A DNA stretch of 61,332 bases, filler included, from Alphaproteobacteria bacterium (GTDB lineage Bacteria; Pseudomonadota; Alphaproteobacteria; Caedimonadales; UBA9215), in assembly GCA_024280495.1 (NCBI GenBank). It is 4 parts of 4 records of this genome, joined end to end, with 100 filler letters (N's around TTAATTAATTAA, not from the genome) between each part and the next. Parts side by side here need not be neighbours in the genome. Positions count along the whole stretch, not along the records: positions 47,091 to 61,332 come from JAJRPZ010000049.1; 3 more parts are not named here. One strand, 5' to 3'. Positions 52,906 through 61,332 of this stretch are shown piece after piece. The notes beneath the pieces are model-generated. The model ran no database searches, was not told the origin of the DNA, and saw only the letters and a program-made list of their open reading frames with translations. The position numbers and the translations under genes were made by a program. Position 1 is the first letter of the stretch, and each line of letters begins with the position of its first letter.

Positions 52906-54387
52906 CTAGCGAGGCAGCAAGTATGTTGCAACATCCAAGGTAAACAGAGAGGGCATCAAAATATAAAAACTCACCAACAAAGTCGACGTCACTAGGACTA
53001 ATGTAGTTTGGAAAGGGATAGATTTATCAATTGTAAGGGTATGGTCACCGCCAGGAGGTGTGTCAAAGTACATGGCTTTAATCACACGCAAGTAATAAGC
53101 AGCAGAAACAACGCTCCCAAGGACGGCAATTATAGCAGCTAAATAACTTTCACCACTTAAGGCATTTTGAATCACGAATAATTTAGCAAAGAAACCTGCA
53201 AAAGGCGGAACACCTGCGAGAGAAAAAAGAAGAATAGTCATACAAAGCGCCACAAGAGGGGCATCCTTTGAAAGCCCCACAAGGTCATCAATATTTTCCA
53301 ATAATTGTCCCCGTTTACGCAAGGTCATAAGGGCAGCAAAGGCGCCAATGGTCATCATCATATAAATAATCAAATAGTTGAAGACATTCTCAAAGCTTTG
53401 TCCGTTGAGGCTCAGGAAGCCAAGAAGAGCAAATCCCATATGGGAAATAGAACTATAGGCCAAAAGACGTTTGAGTTTCTTTTGAAAAAGTGCTGCAAAA
53501 GAGCCCACAAGAATACTTAAAACCGCAAGGGCTGATAAAATCGGGAGCCATAAATCAGAATGATGGGCAAAAACAATTTGAAGAAAGCTCAATAGGAGTG
53601 CAAATCCAGCAACCTTAGGGGCGGTTGCGATAAAGGCAGTTACTGGCGTTGGCGCACCTTCATAAACATCTGGTGTCCACATGTGAAAGGGGGCGATGGA
53701 TATTTTAAAGGCAATGGCCATGAGAATCATTACACAGGAAATTGCAATGGGGATGGGAAGTGTTTCTGAATCTTTCAATACGCCCGCGATGTCACCAAAA
53801 ACAGTGGTACCCGTGAAACCATATAAGTAACTGGCACCAAAGAGAAAAAAGGCTGAGGCTAAGGCGCCCAGCACAAAATATTTAATGCCAGCTTCGTTAG
53901 CACTTCGACGATCTCGCGCCATAGCAACTAAAATATAAAGGGCAAAACTTTGAATCTCTAGACCTAAAAAAGCGCTAATAAGGTCATTGGCAGACACCAT
54001 AATCATCATACCAACCGTTGATAAAATCAATAAAACTGGATATTCAAATTTATTCAATTGCTCTCGGGGAAAGTGTTTAAAGGTCATATAAAACACTGCA
54101 ATAACACTTGCCGTAATAAGGAGTTTGAGAATTTGAGTTAAAGGGGTAATGCGTAGCATTTCATTAAAGGCATAGCCATAGGTGCTTTTTGAAATATAAA
54201 TCATAGCGCCAGCGATAAAGAGACCTAGGAAAGAAAAATAATAAATACCTTCACGGTCTGTTTTTTTTTGAAAAACACCAATCATCAAAATAACCAGCGC
54301 CCAAAAACAAAGAAAAATTTCTGGAAGAGCATTGACGGAATCGGGAAGCATATTGGGCGCCATTACTATTTTAGAAGCTACAGACAT
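52906..54387 (-). CDS. nuoN: NADH-quinone oxidoreductase subunit N
   Basis: EAGIKYFVLGALAS, FKISIAPFHMWTPDVYEGAP, KRLLAYSSI. Confidence 0.97.
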   Translation of the reverse strand: MSVASKIVMAPNMLPDSVNALPEIFLCFWALVILMIGVFQKKTDREGIYYFSFLGLFIAGAMIYISKSTYGYAFNEMLRITPLTQILKLLITASVIAVFYMTFKHFPREQLNKFEYPVLLILSTVGMMIMVSANDLISAFLGLEIQSFALYILVAMARDRRSANEAGIKYFVLGALASAFFLFGASYLYGFTGTTVFGDIAGVLKDSETLPIPIAISCVMILMAIAFKISIAPFHMWTPDVYEGAPTPVTAFIATAPKVAGFALLLSFLQIVFAHHSDLWLPILSALAVLSILVGSFAALFQKKLKRLLAYSSISHMGFALLGFLSLNGQSFENVFNYLIIYMMMTIGAFAALMTLRKRGQLLENIDDLVGLSKDAPLVALCMTILLFSLAGVPPFAGFFAKLFVIQNALSGESYLAAIIAVLGSVVSAAYYLRVIKAMYFDTPPGGDHTLTIDKSIPFQTTLVLVTSTLLVSFYILMPSLFTLDVATYLLPR

Positions 54388-54390
54388 ATT

Positions 54391-55977
54391 TTAGGAGTCC
54401 CCTTGAAGTCTATGGAAAAAGGTAGATGTATTTTCTGTCACGAGAATAGAGTTTTTTTGGGTTAAAGAAATCGTGTCAGCATCAAGATTGACATGGTTTC
54501 TAGAATTATTATAAGCTTTTAAGATACGAGCAACGCTTTTATCGCTGATATCTAAAAGAGGTTGAGGGTAAACCCCAAACACAATAACTGCCATGACGAG
54601 AGGAGCCAGAATAAGACGCTCCCGCACCGAAAGATCTTTTAGTTTTTTGAGACTATCTTTTGTTAACGCTCCAAAAACAACACGTCTGTATAACCAAAGG
54701 GCATAGGTTGCCCCTAAGACCATACCCGTTGCGAGACCAAAGGCCATAAATCCATTGATTTTAAAGGCTGCCATGAGAATAAGGATTTCTCCCACGAATC
54801 CAGCGGTTCCTGGTAAGCCAATGGAGGCAAAAGTAAAAAGTAAAAAGGCAACGGCATAAAGAGGCATTCGGTTCACGATACCACCGTATTGGTCAATTTG
54901 ACGTGTATGCATGCGGTCGTAAATAACACCTACACAAAGGAATAAAGCAGCGGAAACAAGACCATGGCTTACCATTTGGAATATGGCGCCTTGTAGACCT
55001 TCTTGGAGGAAAGTAAATGTGCCAAATGTTACAAGGCCCATATGGGCAACGGAGGAATAGGCAATTAATTTTTTCATGTCTTTTTGAACCAATGCCACAA
55101 GGGACGTATATACAACGGCAATAATGCTCAAACCGAAAATAAAAGGTGCGCAATATTGGCTTGCTTCGGGAAACATGGGAAGTGAAAAACGTAAAAATCC
55201 ATACCCGCCCATTTTTAAAAGAACTCCAGCTAATATGACAGAGCCAGCCGTTGGCGCTTCAACATGGGCATCAGGCAGCCAAGTATGCACAGGCCACATG
55301 GGAACTTTGACGGCAAAAGAAGCAAAAAAGGCAAGAAATAACCACATTTGCATGTCCCTAGAAAAAGTATAAGCAGTAGCTTCTTCGATACCAGTGCCAT
55401 TAACTTGAAAGAAAATTGCCACAATAGCCACCAACATCAAAACAGAGCCAAGGAAGGTGTAAATAAAAAATTTCAATGAGGCGTAAATACGGCGTTCTCC
55501 ACCCCATATGCCAATAATAAGGTACATGGGGATCAAAACGCCTTCAAAAAATACATAAAAAAGAACGAGGTCAAGGGCGCAGAACATCCCAATCATCATG
55601 GTCTCAAGGACTAAAAAGGCGATCATATATTCTTTGACGCGCTTTTGAATGGACTCCCAACTTGCAAGAATGGCAAGGGGCATTAAAAAAGTCGAAAGAA
55701 TGACAAATAAGATAGATATGCCATCAACGCCAACGTGGTAGAAAGCATTAAATCCTGAAAGCCATCGAGCCTTTTCCACGAATTGATAGTCTGCGCTGCT
55801 ATTATCAAAATTGAAAAGCAAGATCAAAGATATAAAAAAGGTCATGAGAGTCGTTAACAGGGCAACGATACGTGCATTTTTAGAAACCATAGGGTGATCC
55901 CCACGCATCATGAGCAAAAAAGGGATGCCACTTAAGGGGAGAAAAATCACCAGGGATAAAAGAGGGAGGCCCATCAT
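54391..55977 (-). CDS. nuoM: NADH-quinone oxidoreductase subunit M
   Basis: [43 protein letters not shown]. Confidence 0.98.
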   Translation of the reverse strand: MMGLPLLSLVIFLPLSGIPFLLMMRGDHPMVSKNARIVALLTTLMTFFISLILLFNFDNSSADYQFVEKARWLSGFNAFYHVGVDGISILFVILSTFLMPLAILASWESIQKRVKEYMIAFLVLETMMIGMFCALDLVLFYVFFEGVLIPMYLIIGIWGGERRIYASLKFFIYTFLGSVLMLVAIVAIFFQVNGTGIEEATAYTFSRDMQMWLFLAFFASFAVKVPMWPVHTWLPDAHVEAPTAGSVILAGVLLKMGGYGFLRFSLPMFPEASQYCAPFIFGLSIIAVVYTSLVALVQKDMKKLIAYSSVAHMGLVTFGTFTFLQEGLQGAIFQMVSHGLVSAALFLCVGVIYDRMHTRQIDQYGGIVNRMPLYAVAFLLFTFASIGLPGTAGFVGEILILMAAFKINGFMAFGLATGMVLGATYALWLYRRVVFGALTKDSLKKLKDLSVRERLILAPLVMAVIVFGVYPQPLLDISDKSVARILKAYNNSRNHVNLDADTISLTQKNSILVTENTSTFFHRLQGDS

Positions 55978-56012
55978 TTCAATTTATCTTTCGTTTATTA
56001 ATATCGTTGTTT

Positions 56013-57926
56013 TTAACGCCACATTACAAAAAGGATTAACCCAGCAAAACCCATCATAAAAGCAAGGGCATAGTGGTAAACATATCCTGTTTGAAGTTGA
56101 CTCATGCGATTGGCAGCCCGCATAATTTTTTCGGCAACACCATTGGGTCCGTAACCATCAATGGTTTGTTCATCTCCTTTTTTCCAAAGGAAAGAACCCA
56201 CTTTTTGCGTAGGTTTAATAAATATTTTTTCATAAAGCTCATCGATGAACCATTTGTTGAGTAAAAATGTATAAATTTCTTTAAAGGACTCAGCAATTGT
56301 TTGAGGCAGATAAGGTCTGCGAAAAAAGAAATAGAAGGCAAGCAATATGCCAGTTGTTCCTGCAATGAGCGGCAGTTCATGAACCAAAAGAGGCGCGTGC
56401 TTTGTTTCCGTTGGTAAAACAACAATAGCCTTTTTCCAAAAATCAGAATCTGTAAAAAAATCATGGAAAAAATAGCCCGAGAAAATAGCACCAACGGCCA
56501 AAAGTAAAAGAGGTATCAGCATGGTTGCACCTGGCTCATGAATATGGCTGACAACTTTTTCATGGGCACGAGTTTTACCATTAAAAGTCATGATTAAAAG
56601 GCGCCATGAATAAAGGGCCGTGAGGAAAGCAGCGCCAATGCCAAGGACAAAGGCATATTGAGACGTGTGACCTTCTGCAAACCACGCGGCCATCAAAATA
56701 GCATCTTTGGAATAAAATCCAGAGAAGAAAGGAATACCCGCAAGGGCCAAGCTCCCAATCCACATAAGGATAAATGTTGCAGGGATAGAACGCCAAATAC
56801 CGCCCATTCTACGCATATCTTGTTCATCGGACATGGCATGAATGACAGCACCAGAACCAAGAAATAAAAGGGCTTTGAAAAAAGCATGGGTTACAAGATG
56901 GAAAATAGCGATGTTATAAGCACCAAGTCCAGCAGCGAAAAACATATAGCCCAGCTGGCTGCAAGTTGAATAAGCAATAACACGTTTAATATCGTTTTGT
57001 GTGAGGGCAATTGTTCCAGCAAAAAGTGCAGTTGTTGCACCAATAATGACGATAAATGTTTTTGCATAGGGAGCAAGTTCAAATAAAGGAGAAAGGCGCG
57101 CCACAAGAAAAACGCCAGCAGTGACCATGGTTGCAGCATGAATTAAGGCTGATACAGGCGTGGGCCCTTCCATGGCATCGGGAAGCCATGTGTGTAAGCC
57201 AATCTGGGCAGATTTCCCCATGGCTCCAATAAAAAGCAAAAAGGCAATAACTTCTAGGCGGGCAAATTCATGGTTAAAAAATGTAAATTTAAGGGCAGTA
57301 GCTGTCGTCAAGTTTTCAAGGATAGGCGCAATTTCAACGGTATCAAAAGTCAAATAAAGCGCAGCAATCCCAAGGGCAAGCCCTACATCTCCAACACGGT
57401 TTACTATAAAAGCTTTCATTGATGCTGCATTGGCGGAATCCTTATGATGCCAAAATCCAATCAAAAGGTACGAGGCAAGACCAACGCCCTCCCAACCGAA
57501 AAAAAGCTGAATCAAATTACCAGAAGTGACAAGCATCAACATGGTAAAGGTGAAAAGACTCAGGTAGGCCATGAAACGAGGGACTGATTTATCATGGTGC
57601 ATATACCCAATGGAATAAAGGTGCACTAGAAAAGATACCGTAGTAACAACCATAACCATGGTTGCCGTTAGGGGGTCAAAATAAAGTTGCCATGCAATGT
57701 TAAAGTTACCAACGGACATCCAGGTAAATAAAGTGATCATTTCTTTTTCAAGGTCACCTTGCAAAACATGGGCGAAAATAGACCATGCACTTAAGGCTGA
57801 GGCGGCCATAAAAACAACGCTCACAATGCCAGACAGATGCTTTCCTAAAAAATTCCCGAAAAACCCGTTGAGCAAAAAGCCCATAAGGGGGGCGAGAGTG
57901 GCAATAAGGTATGCATTATAAGTCAT
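56013..57926 (-). CDS. nuoL: NADH-quinone oxidoreductase subunit L
   Basis: GKSAQIGLHTWLPDAMEGPTPVSALIHAATMV. Confidence 0.98.
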   Translation of the reverse strand: MTYNAYLIATLAPLMGFLLNGFFGNFLGKHLSGIVSVVFMAASALSAWSIFAHVLQGDLEKEMITLFTWMSVGNFNIAWQLYFDPLTATMVMVVTTVSFLVHLYSIGYMHHDKSVPRFMAYLSLFTFTMLMLVTSGNLIQLFFGWEGVGLASYLLIGFWHHKDSANAASMKAFIVNRVGDVGLALGIAALYLTFDTVEIAPILENLTTATALKFTFFNHEFARLEVIAFLLFIGAMGKSAQIGLHTWLPDAMEGPTPVSALIHAATMVTAGVFLVARLSPLFELAPYAKTFIVIIGATTALFAGTIALTQNDIKRVIAYSTCSQLGYMFFAAGLGAYNIAIFHLVTHAFFKALLFLGSGAVIHAMSDEQDMRRMGGIWRSIPATFILMWIGSLALAGIPFFSGFYSKDAILMAAWFAEGHTSQYAFVLGIGAAFLTALYSWRLLIMTFNGKTRAHEKVVSHIHEPGATMLIPLLLLAVGAIFSGYFFHDFFTDSDFWKKAIVVLPTETKHAPLLVHELPLIAGTTGILLAFYFFFRRPYLPQTIAESFKEIYTFLLNKWFIDELYEKIFIKPTQKVGSFLWKKGDEQTIDGYGPNGVAEKIMRAANRMSQLQTGYVYHYALAFMMGFAGLILFVMWR

Positions 57927-57941
57927 ATTAACATCTTTCCT

Positions 57942-58244
57942 TTAGCCTCTAATGGTGCTGATATCTTCAAGATTAATTGAATTGCGGTTGCGGTTATAAA
58001 TGACGAGTATGGCGAGACCAATGGCTGCTTCTGCTGCGGCAACGGTCAAAATAAAGAGTGTGAAAACTTGTCCAACTAGGTCATGTAAATAAACTGAAAA
58101 AGCGACAAAATTGATATTAACCGCAAGGAGCATAAGTTCAATAGCCATCAAAACATTGATGATGGTTTTGCGTCCCCAAAAAGCACCAAATACGCCAAGG
58201 GAAAACAAAATAGCAGAAAGAACAAGAAAATGATTAAGGGACAT
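57942..58244 (-). CDS. nuoK: NADH-quinone oxidoreductase subunit K
   Basis: [23 protein letters not shown]. Confidence 0.97.
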   Translation of the reverse strand: MSLNHFLVLSAILFSLGVFGAFWGRKTIINVLMAIELMLLAVNINFVAFSVYLHDLVGQVFTLFILTVAAAEAAIGLAILVIYNRNRNSINLEDISTIRG

Positions 58245-59161
58245 TATATATCCACTCCTTTGCCAAGGGGCATGTCATGGGTTTTGAGAGTTTTTTTCGG
58301 ATCTCGCATAATTTGATCCATGATATTTTGTTTTTTAACACCCTCTCGTTTGCGATGGGTAAGCACAATAGCACCGATCATAGCAATTAGTAATAAAATG
58401 CCACTGCACTGAAAGGCAAAAAGGTAATCCGTGTAAATGATACCGCCAAGGGCTTTCGTATTGGGAACGAGATCGATGGGTGGGGTCGAGCTCGCCACGA
58501 GGTCCTCGCTTAGGGGGGAGGTTTTCCAAGTTAAGGCAAGATTGATGAATACGCCCATAAAGCCAAGGCCCAAAATAACCATAAAAGCAAGGGAGTCAAC
58601 GAATCCAGAAACAATGGAGAGGAAATATCGTTTTACGAGTAATTGAGTCGCTTGGCGTGCCAACAGAAGGGTTGCAATACTTGTGATAAGAGTAACGGCA
58701 ATGGGGGTTTCGGATGCAAAAATAGACCAGGAGGACGTTTGTAAAATATCTTTTAAATGGTCTAGGCTGAAATATTGTCCAGATTGAATAATATCAGTAA
58801 CAGGAGCAATAGAGATAAGGACCAAAGAAACTGCTGCGAATACAATACCATAGACCGCAAGGTTTAAAAGAGTTTGAAAGGCATCAAGGGTACGTGATTT
58901 TGAAAATATAGGTCCTTGATCATCCGAAGAAATAGGCATCATCATGACGATAAACAAGAATAGAACCGCAACTGCCCCCACATAAACGATAACTAAAAGC
59001 GTTGCTAGAAACTCTGCACCAATCATAATAAATAAAGCAGCTGCATTAAAGAAAGCAAAAATTAGGAATAAAACAGAGTGTACTGGGTTTCTTGAAAATA
59101 TTACGGCAAGGCCAGACCCTACCAGAAGTGTTGAAAAGACATAAAATAGAAACTCAGCCAT
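58244..59161 (-). CDS. nuoJ: NADH-quinone oxidoreductase subunit J, with internal insertion
   Basis: [43 protein letters not shown]; 305 aa. Confidence 0.95.
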   Translation of the reverse strand: MAEFLFYVFSTLLVGSGLAVIFSRNPVHSVLFLIFAFFNAAALFIMIGAEFLATLLVIVYVGAVAVLFLFIVMMMPISSDDQGPIFSKSRTLDAFQTLLNLAVYGIVFAAVSLVLISIAPVTDIIQSGQYFSLDHLKDILQTSSWSIFASETPIAVTLITSIATLLLARQATQLLVKRYFLSIVSGFVDSLAFMVILGLGFMGVFINLALTWKTSPLSEDLVASSTPPIDLVPNTKALGGIIYTDYLFAFQCSGILLLIAMIGAIVLTHRKREGVKKQNIMDQIMRDPKKTLKTHDMPLGKGVDI

Positions 59162-59336
59162 GAGCGTAAAATCTTTTTTTATTATTAATTTATTTACTAG
59201 TTTATCAGTGATTCAAACTTATGCCAACTCCTTCTCTTATTCTATTTAGCAGACGCCATAAAAGGGGAAGTTGTTGAAAAGACAAAATAACCCATGATAA
59301 ACAGAGATGATTAGTGAAAAAAATTTCGTTTTTTTA

Positions 59337-60716
59337 TTACAAAACGTCTGTATCGACAACGGATCCGTATTGATAGGGAACGCGAAATTCTGTTTTCTTG
59401 CGTTCTGGATGAGTTTCTTTCATGAACCAAAGGACAACGGCGGAAAATACGAGACATATGGGAATTAATACTAATGCGTAACGATAATCTGCGTCTGTAT
59501 AAGCAGGAACACCTTTATCAGTTAGGGTGCCATTCCAATGGGAATCTAGCAAATATCCAATGATAGGATGAAAAATAATTCCAGTGGTCATCACGATCAT
59601 ATTTACAAAGGCAAGGGAAACACCACTCATGTGTAAAGGCATTAATTCACAGATGCTGGCAAAAGTTAAACATTTTGCCGTATAGGCAAACCCTGCAATG
59701 AAGAAAAGAACGTACATCCAACTTAGGGGGATGTTAGGTACTAGGAAAATGAAAAACCAAACACTGGAGGTTAAAATGGTTCCAATAAGCATAGGTAATT
59801 TTCGCTTGCGCAAAAAATCAGAAGTAAAGGCAAAAATGGGGCTACCAATGGCGGCGCCTAAAAACATAGCTGATATTACCGAAGCAGCAATGGTTTCAGT
59901 TACTTGATTCGCATGTTCGACAAAGGAAACGCCCCAGGCAATACCCATGGTAGTGATGGGAATGTACATAATCATGCCATAAATTGCAACGACCCAGGTT
60001 TGGGGAGTTTTTATAAGTTTTAAGATGCCAGCAAGAGGGTGGTGGTTAGCATACAAATCAGGAAGTTCATCATGGTGATCTAAGTCAGGTTCATTGCTGA
60101 CAACAAAATAAATAATTACAGAGACAACAACGCCAATTGCGGCAAGTATTTCCATTGTGTGGGTAAGGCCAACTTCAAGAAGAAGGAGTTTTAATGGTGC
60201 ACCACCAAGTCCAGCCCCTATTGTGCCAAAAAGCATTGTTAATCCCGTGACCTTAGCCACATGTTTTGGTTCCAGCCAAATGGTTCCGAGTTTAATGGTG
60301 CCAATAAGGCCACAAGCAGATCCTGCTCCCATGAGAAATCTTGAAAAACCAGCAACTAAGGGGTCAGTTGTATGACCGAACATATAGGAAGCAAGGGCGC
60401 ATAATAGGGCTGCACCACAGAGGAAAAAACGTGGCCCCAATCGGTCCATTGTGATACCAAGGGGAATTTGCATGGCGGCATAAGACCAATAATAAGCCCC
60501 AACAATGCCTCCCATGGCAGCGGCATCAATGGACAAGTTAAACATAAGTTCATCATTCATGATGTTGGGAGAAACCCGAATCAAAAATTGATACATATAA
60601 AATAACGCACCACAGGCGACAACCATCCAGCCTCGAATTGTTTGTTTTAAAGGGTTAGGGATGGATTTTTCGCTCCTGGAGGAGGTCCCATCTTTTTTAT
60701 TTTTGATATAAGTCAT
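59337..60716 (-). CDS. MFS transporter
   Basis: About 12 TMs; QIPLG..MDRLGPR motif A; FY.YQFLIRVSP N-terminus. Confidence 0.92.
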   Translation of the reverse strand: MTYIKNKKDGTSSRSEKSIPNPLKQTIRGWMVVACGALFYMYQFLIRVSPNIMNDELMFNLSIDAAAMGGIVGAYYWSYAAMQIPLGITMDRLGPRFFLCGAALLCALASYMFGHTTDPLVAGFSRFLMGAGSACGLIGTIKLGTIWLEPKHVAKVTGLTMLFGTIGAGLGGAPLKLLLLEVGLTHTMEILAAIGVVVSVIIYFVVSNEPDLDHHDELPDLYANHHPLAGILKLIKTPQTWVVAIYGMIMYIPITTMGIAWGVSFVEHANQVTETIAASVISAMFLGAAIGSPIFAFTSDFLRKRKLPMLIGTILTSSVWFFIFLVPNIPLSWMYVLFFIAGFAYTAKCLTFASICELMPLHMSGVSLAFVNMIVMTTGIIFHPIIGYLLDSHWNGTLTDKGVPAYTDADYRYALVLIPICLVFSAVVLWFMKETHPERKKTEFRVPYQYGSVVDTDVL

Positions 60717-60904
60717 AACAAAATGATATCAGAGATTTAGAAAAAAATCTAGGGGCGGGTTATTTTTGAGATTCATTTTTCATTTTCCATTGCAATTTTT
60801 ACTGCCTTTTGATAGATATAAAAGAGTGTTAGGTAAGTGGCTGTTATAAGGGCTGCCTTTTTACCTTGAATATGAGACTCAAACTTTAACGAGAAAGAGA
60901 AAAA

Positions 60905-61105
60905 ATGCCCAAAATGAAGACAAAAAGTAGCGTAAAAAAACGCTTTAAGTTGACGGCTACTGGTAAAGTCAAAATGGCCCAAACTGGTAAACGTCACGGA
61001 ATGATAAAGAGATCAAATAAGTTCATTCGTCAAGCTCGTGGAACCACTGTTATGAGTGAGTCCAACGCCAAAACAATTCGTAAATTTATGCCGTACGGCG
61101 ATTAA
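60905..61105 (+). CDS. rpmI: 50S ribosomal protein L35
   Basis: [22 protein letters not shown]. Confidence 0.97.
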   Translation: MPKMKTKSSVKKRFKLTATGKVKMAQTGKRHGMIKRSNKFIRQARGTTVMSESNAKTIRKFMPYGD

Positions 61106-61141
61106 GATTAACGATTTAATTTATTAGAAAGAGTATAGACA

Positions 61142-61332
61142 ATGACTAGATCCACCCGTGGTGTTGCAACACATGCCCGTCAGAAAAAAGTTTTAAAATT
61201 AGCCAAAGGTTATCGTGGCCGTAAGAGTAATTGTTATCGTATTGCTAAGCAAACCGTTGATAAGGCACTACAATATGCTTATCGTGATCGTAAAGCGCGC
61301 AAAAGAAATTTCCGTGCCCTTTGGATCCAACG
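61142..61332 (+). CDS. rplT: 50S ribosomal protein L20, 5' part (runs off window)
   Basis: MTRSTRGV...[13 protein letters not shown]...[20 protein letters not shown]. Confidence 0.97.
   Translation, partial: MTRSTRGVATHARQKKVLKLAKGYRGRKSNCYRIAKQTVDKALQYAYRDRKARKRNFRALWIQ

Overview
AT-rich alphaproteobacterial genome window. A Holosporales/Rickettsiales-like host-associated lineage is inferred from gene content and order, not confirmed. The window is four contigs joined by artificial 100-bp spacers (N-runs around TTAATTAATTAA at 16096-16195, 40332-40431, 46991-47090), so adjacency across spacers is meaningless. Most of it is housekeeping: fabF-acpP, the F0 ATP synthase cluster, nuoA-I and a separate nuoJ-N, hslVU, tRNA-Gly, mutS, accD, tyrS, zapE, ppx-rlmE-rsmB, an RND pump, pal, rpmG, pgm-dsbB-coq7-ubiG, cpoB-tilS-ftsH, groESL, icd, birA and rpmI-rplT. 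The most unusual signal is non-coding: two families of ~105-108 bp palindromic, TATA-terminated MITE/RPE-like repeats (called A and B here). They nest, with B sitting in the central hairpin of A. They supply the stop codons or last residues of nuoB, the HIT gene, an EamA gene and zapE. They leave in-frame end remnants inside mutS and a hydrolase, and A-type ends bracket a 1.9-kb cargo island between nuoN and birA. Other oddities are an orphan GTA-type large terminase, a NuoJ with a ~100-aa membrane insertion, a secreted EF-hand protein, and a cluster of IS remnants.
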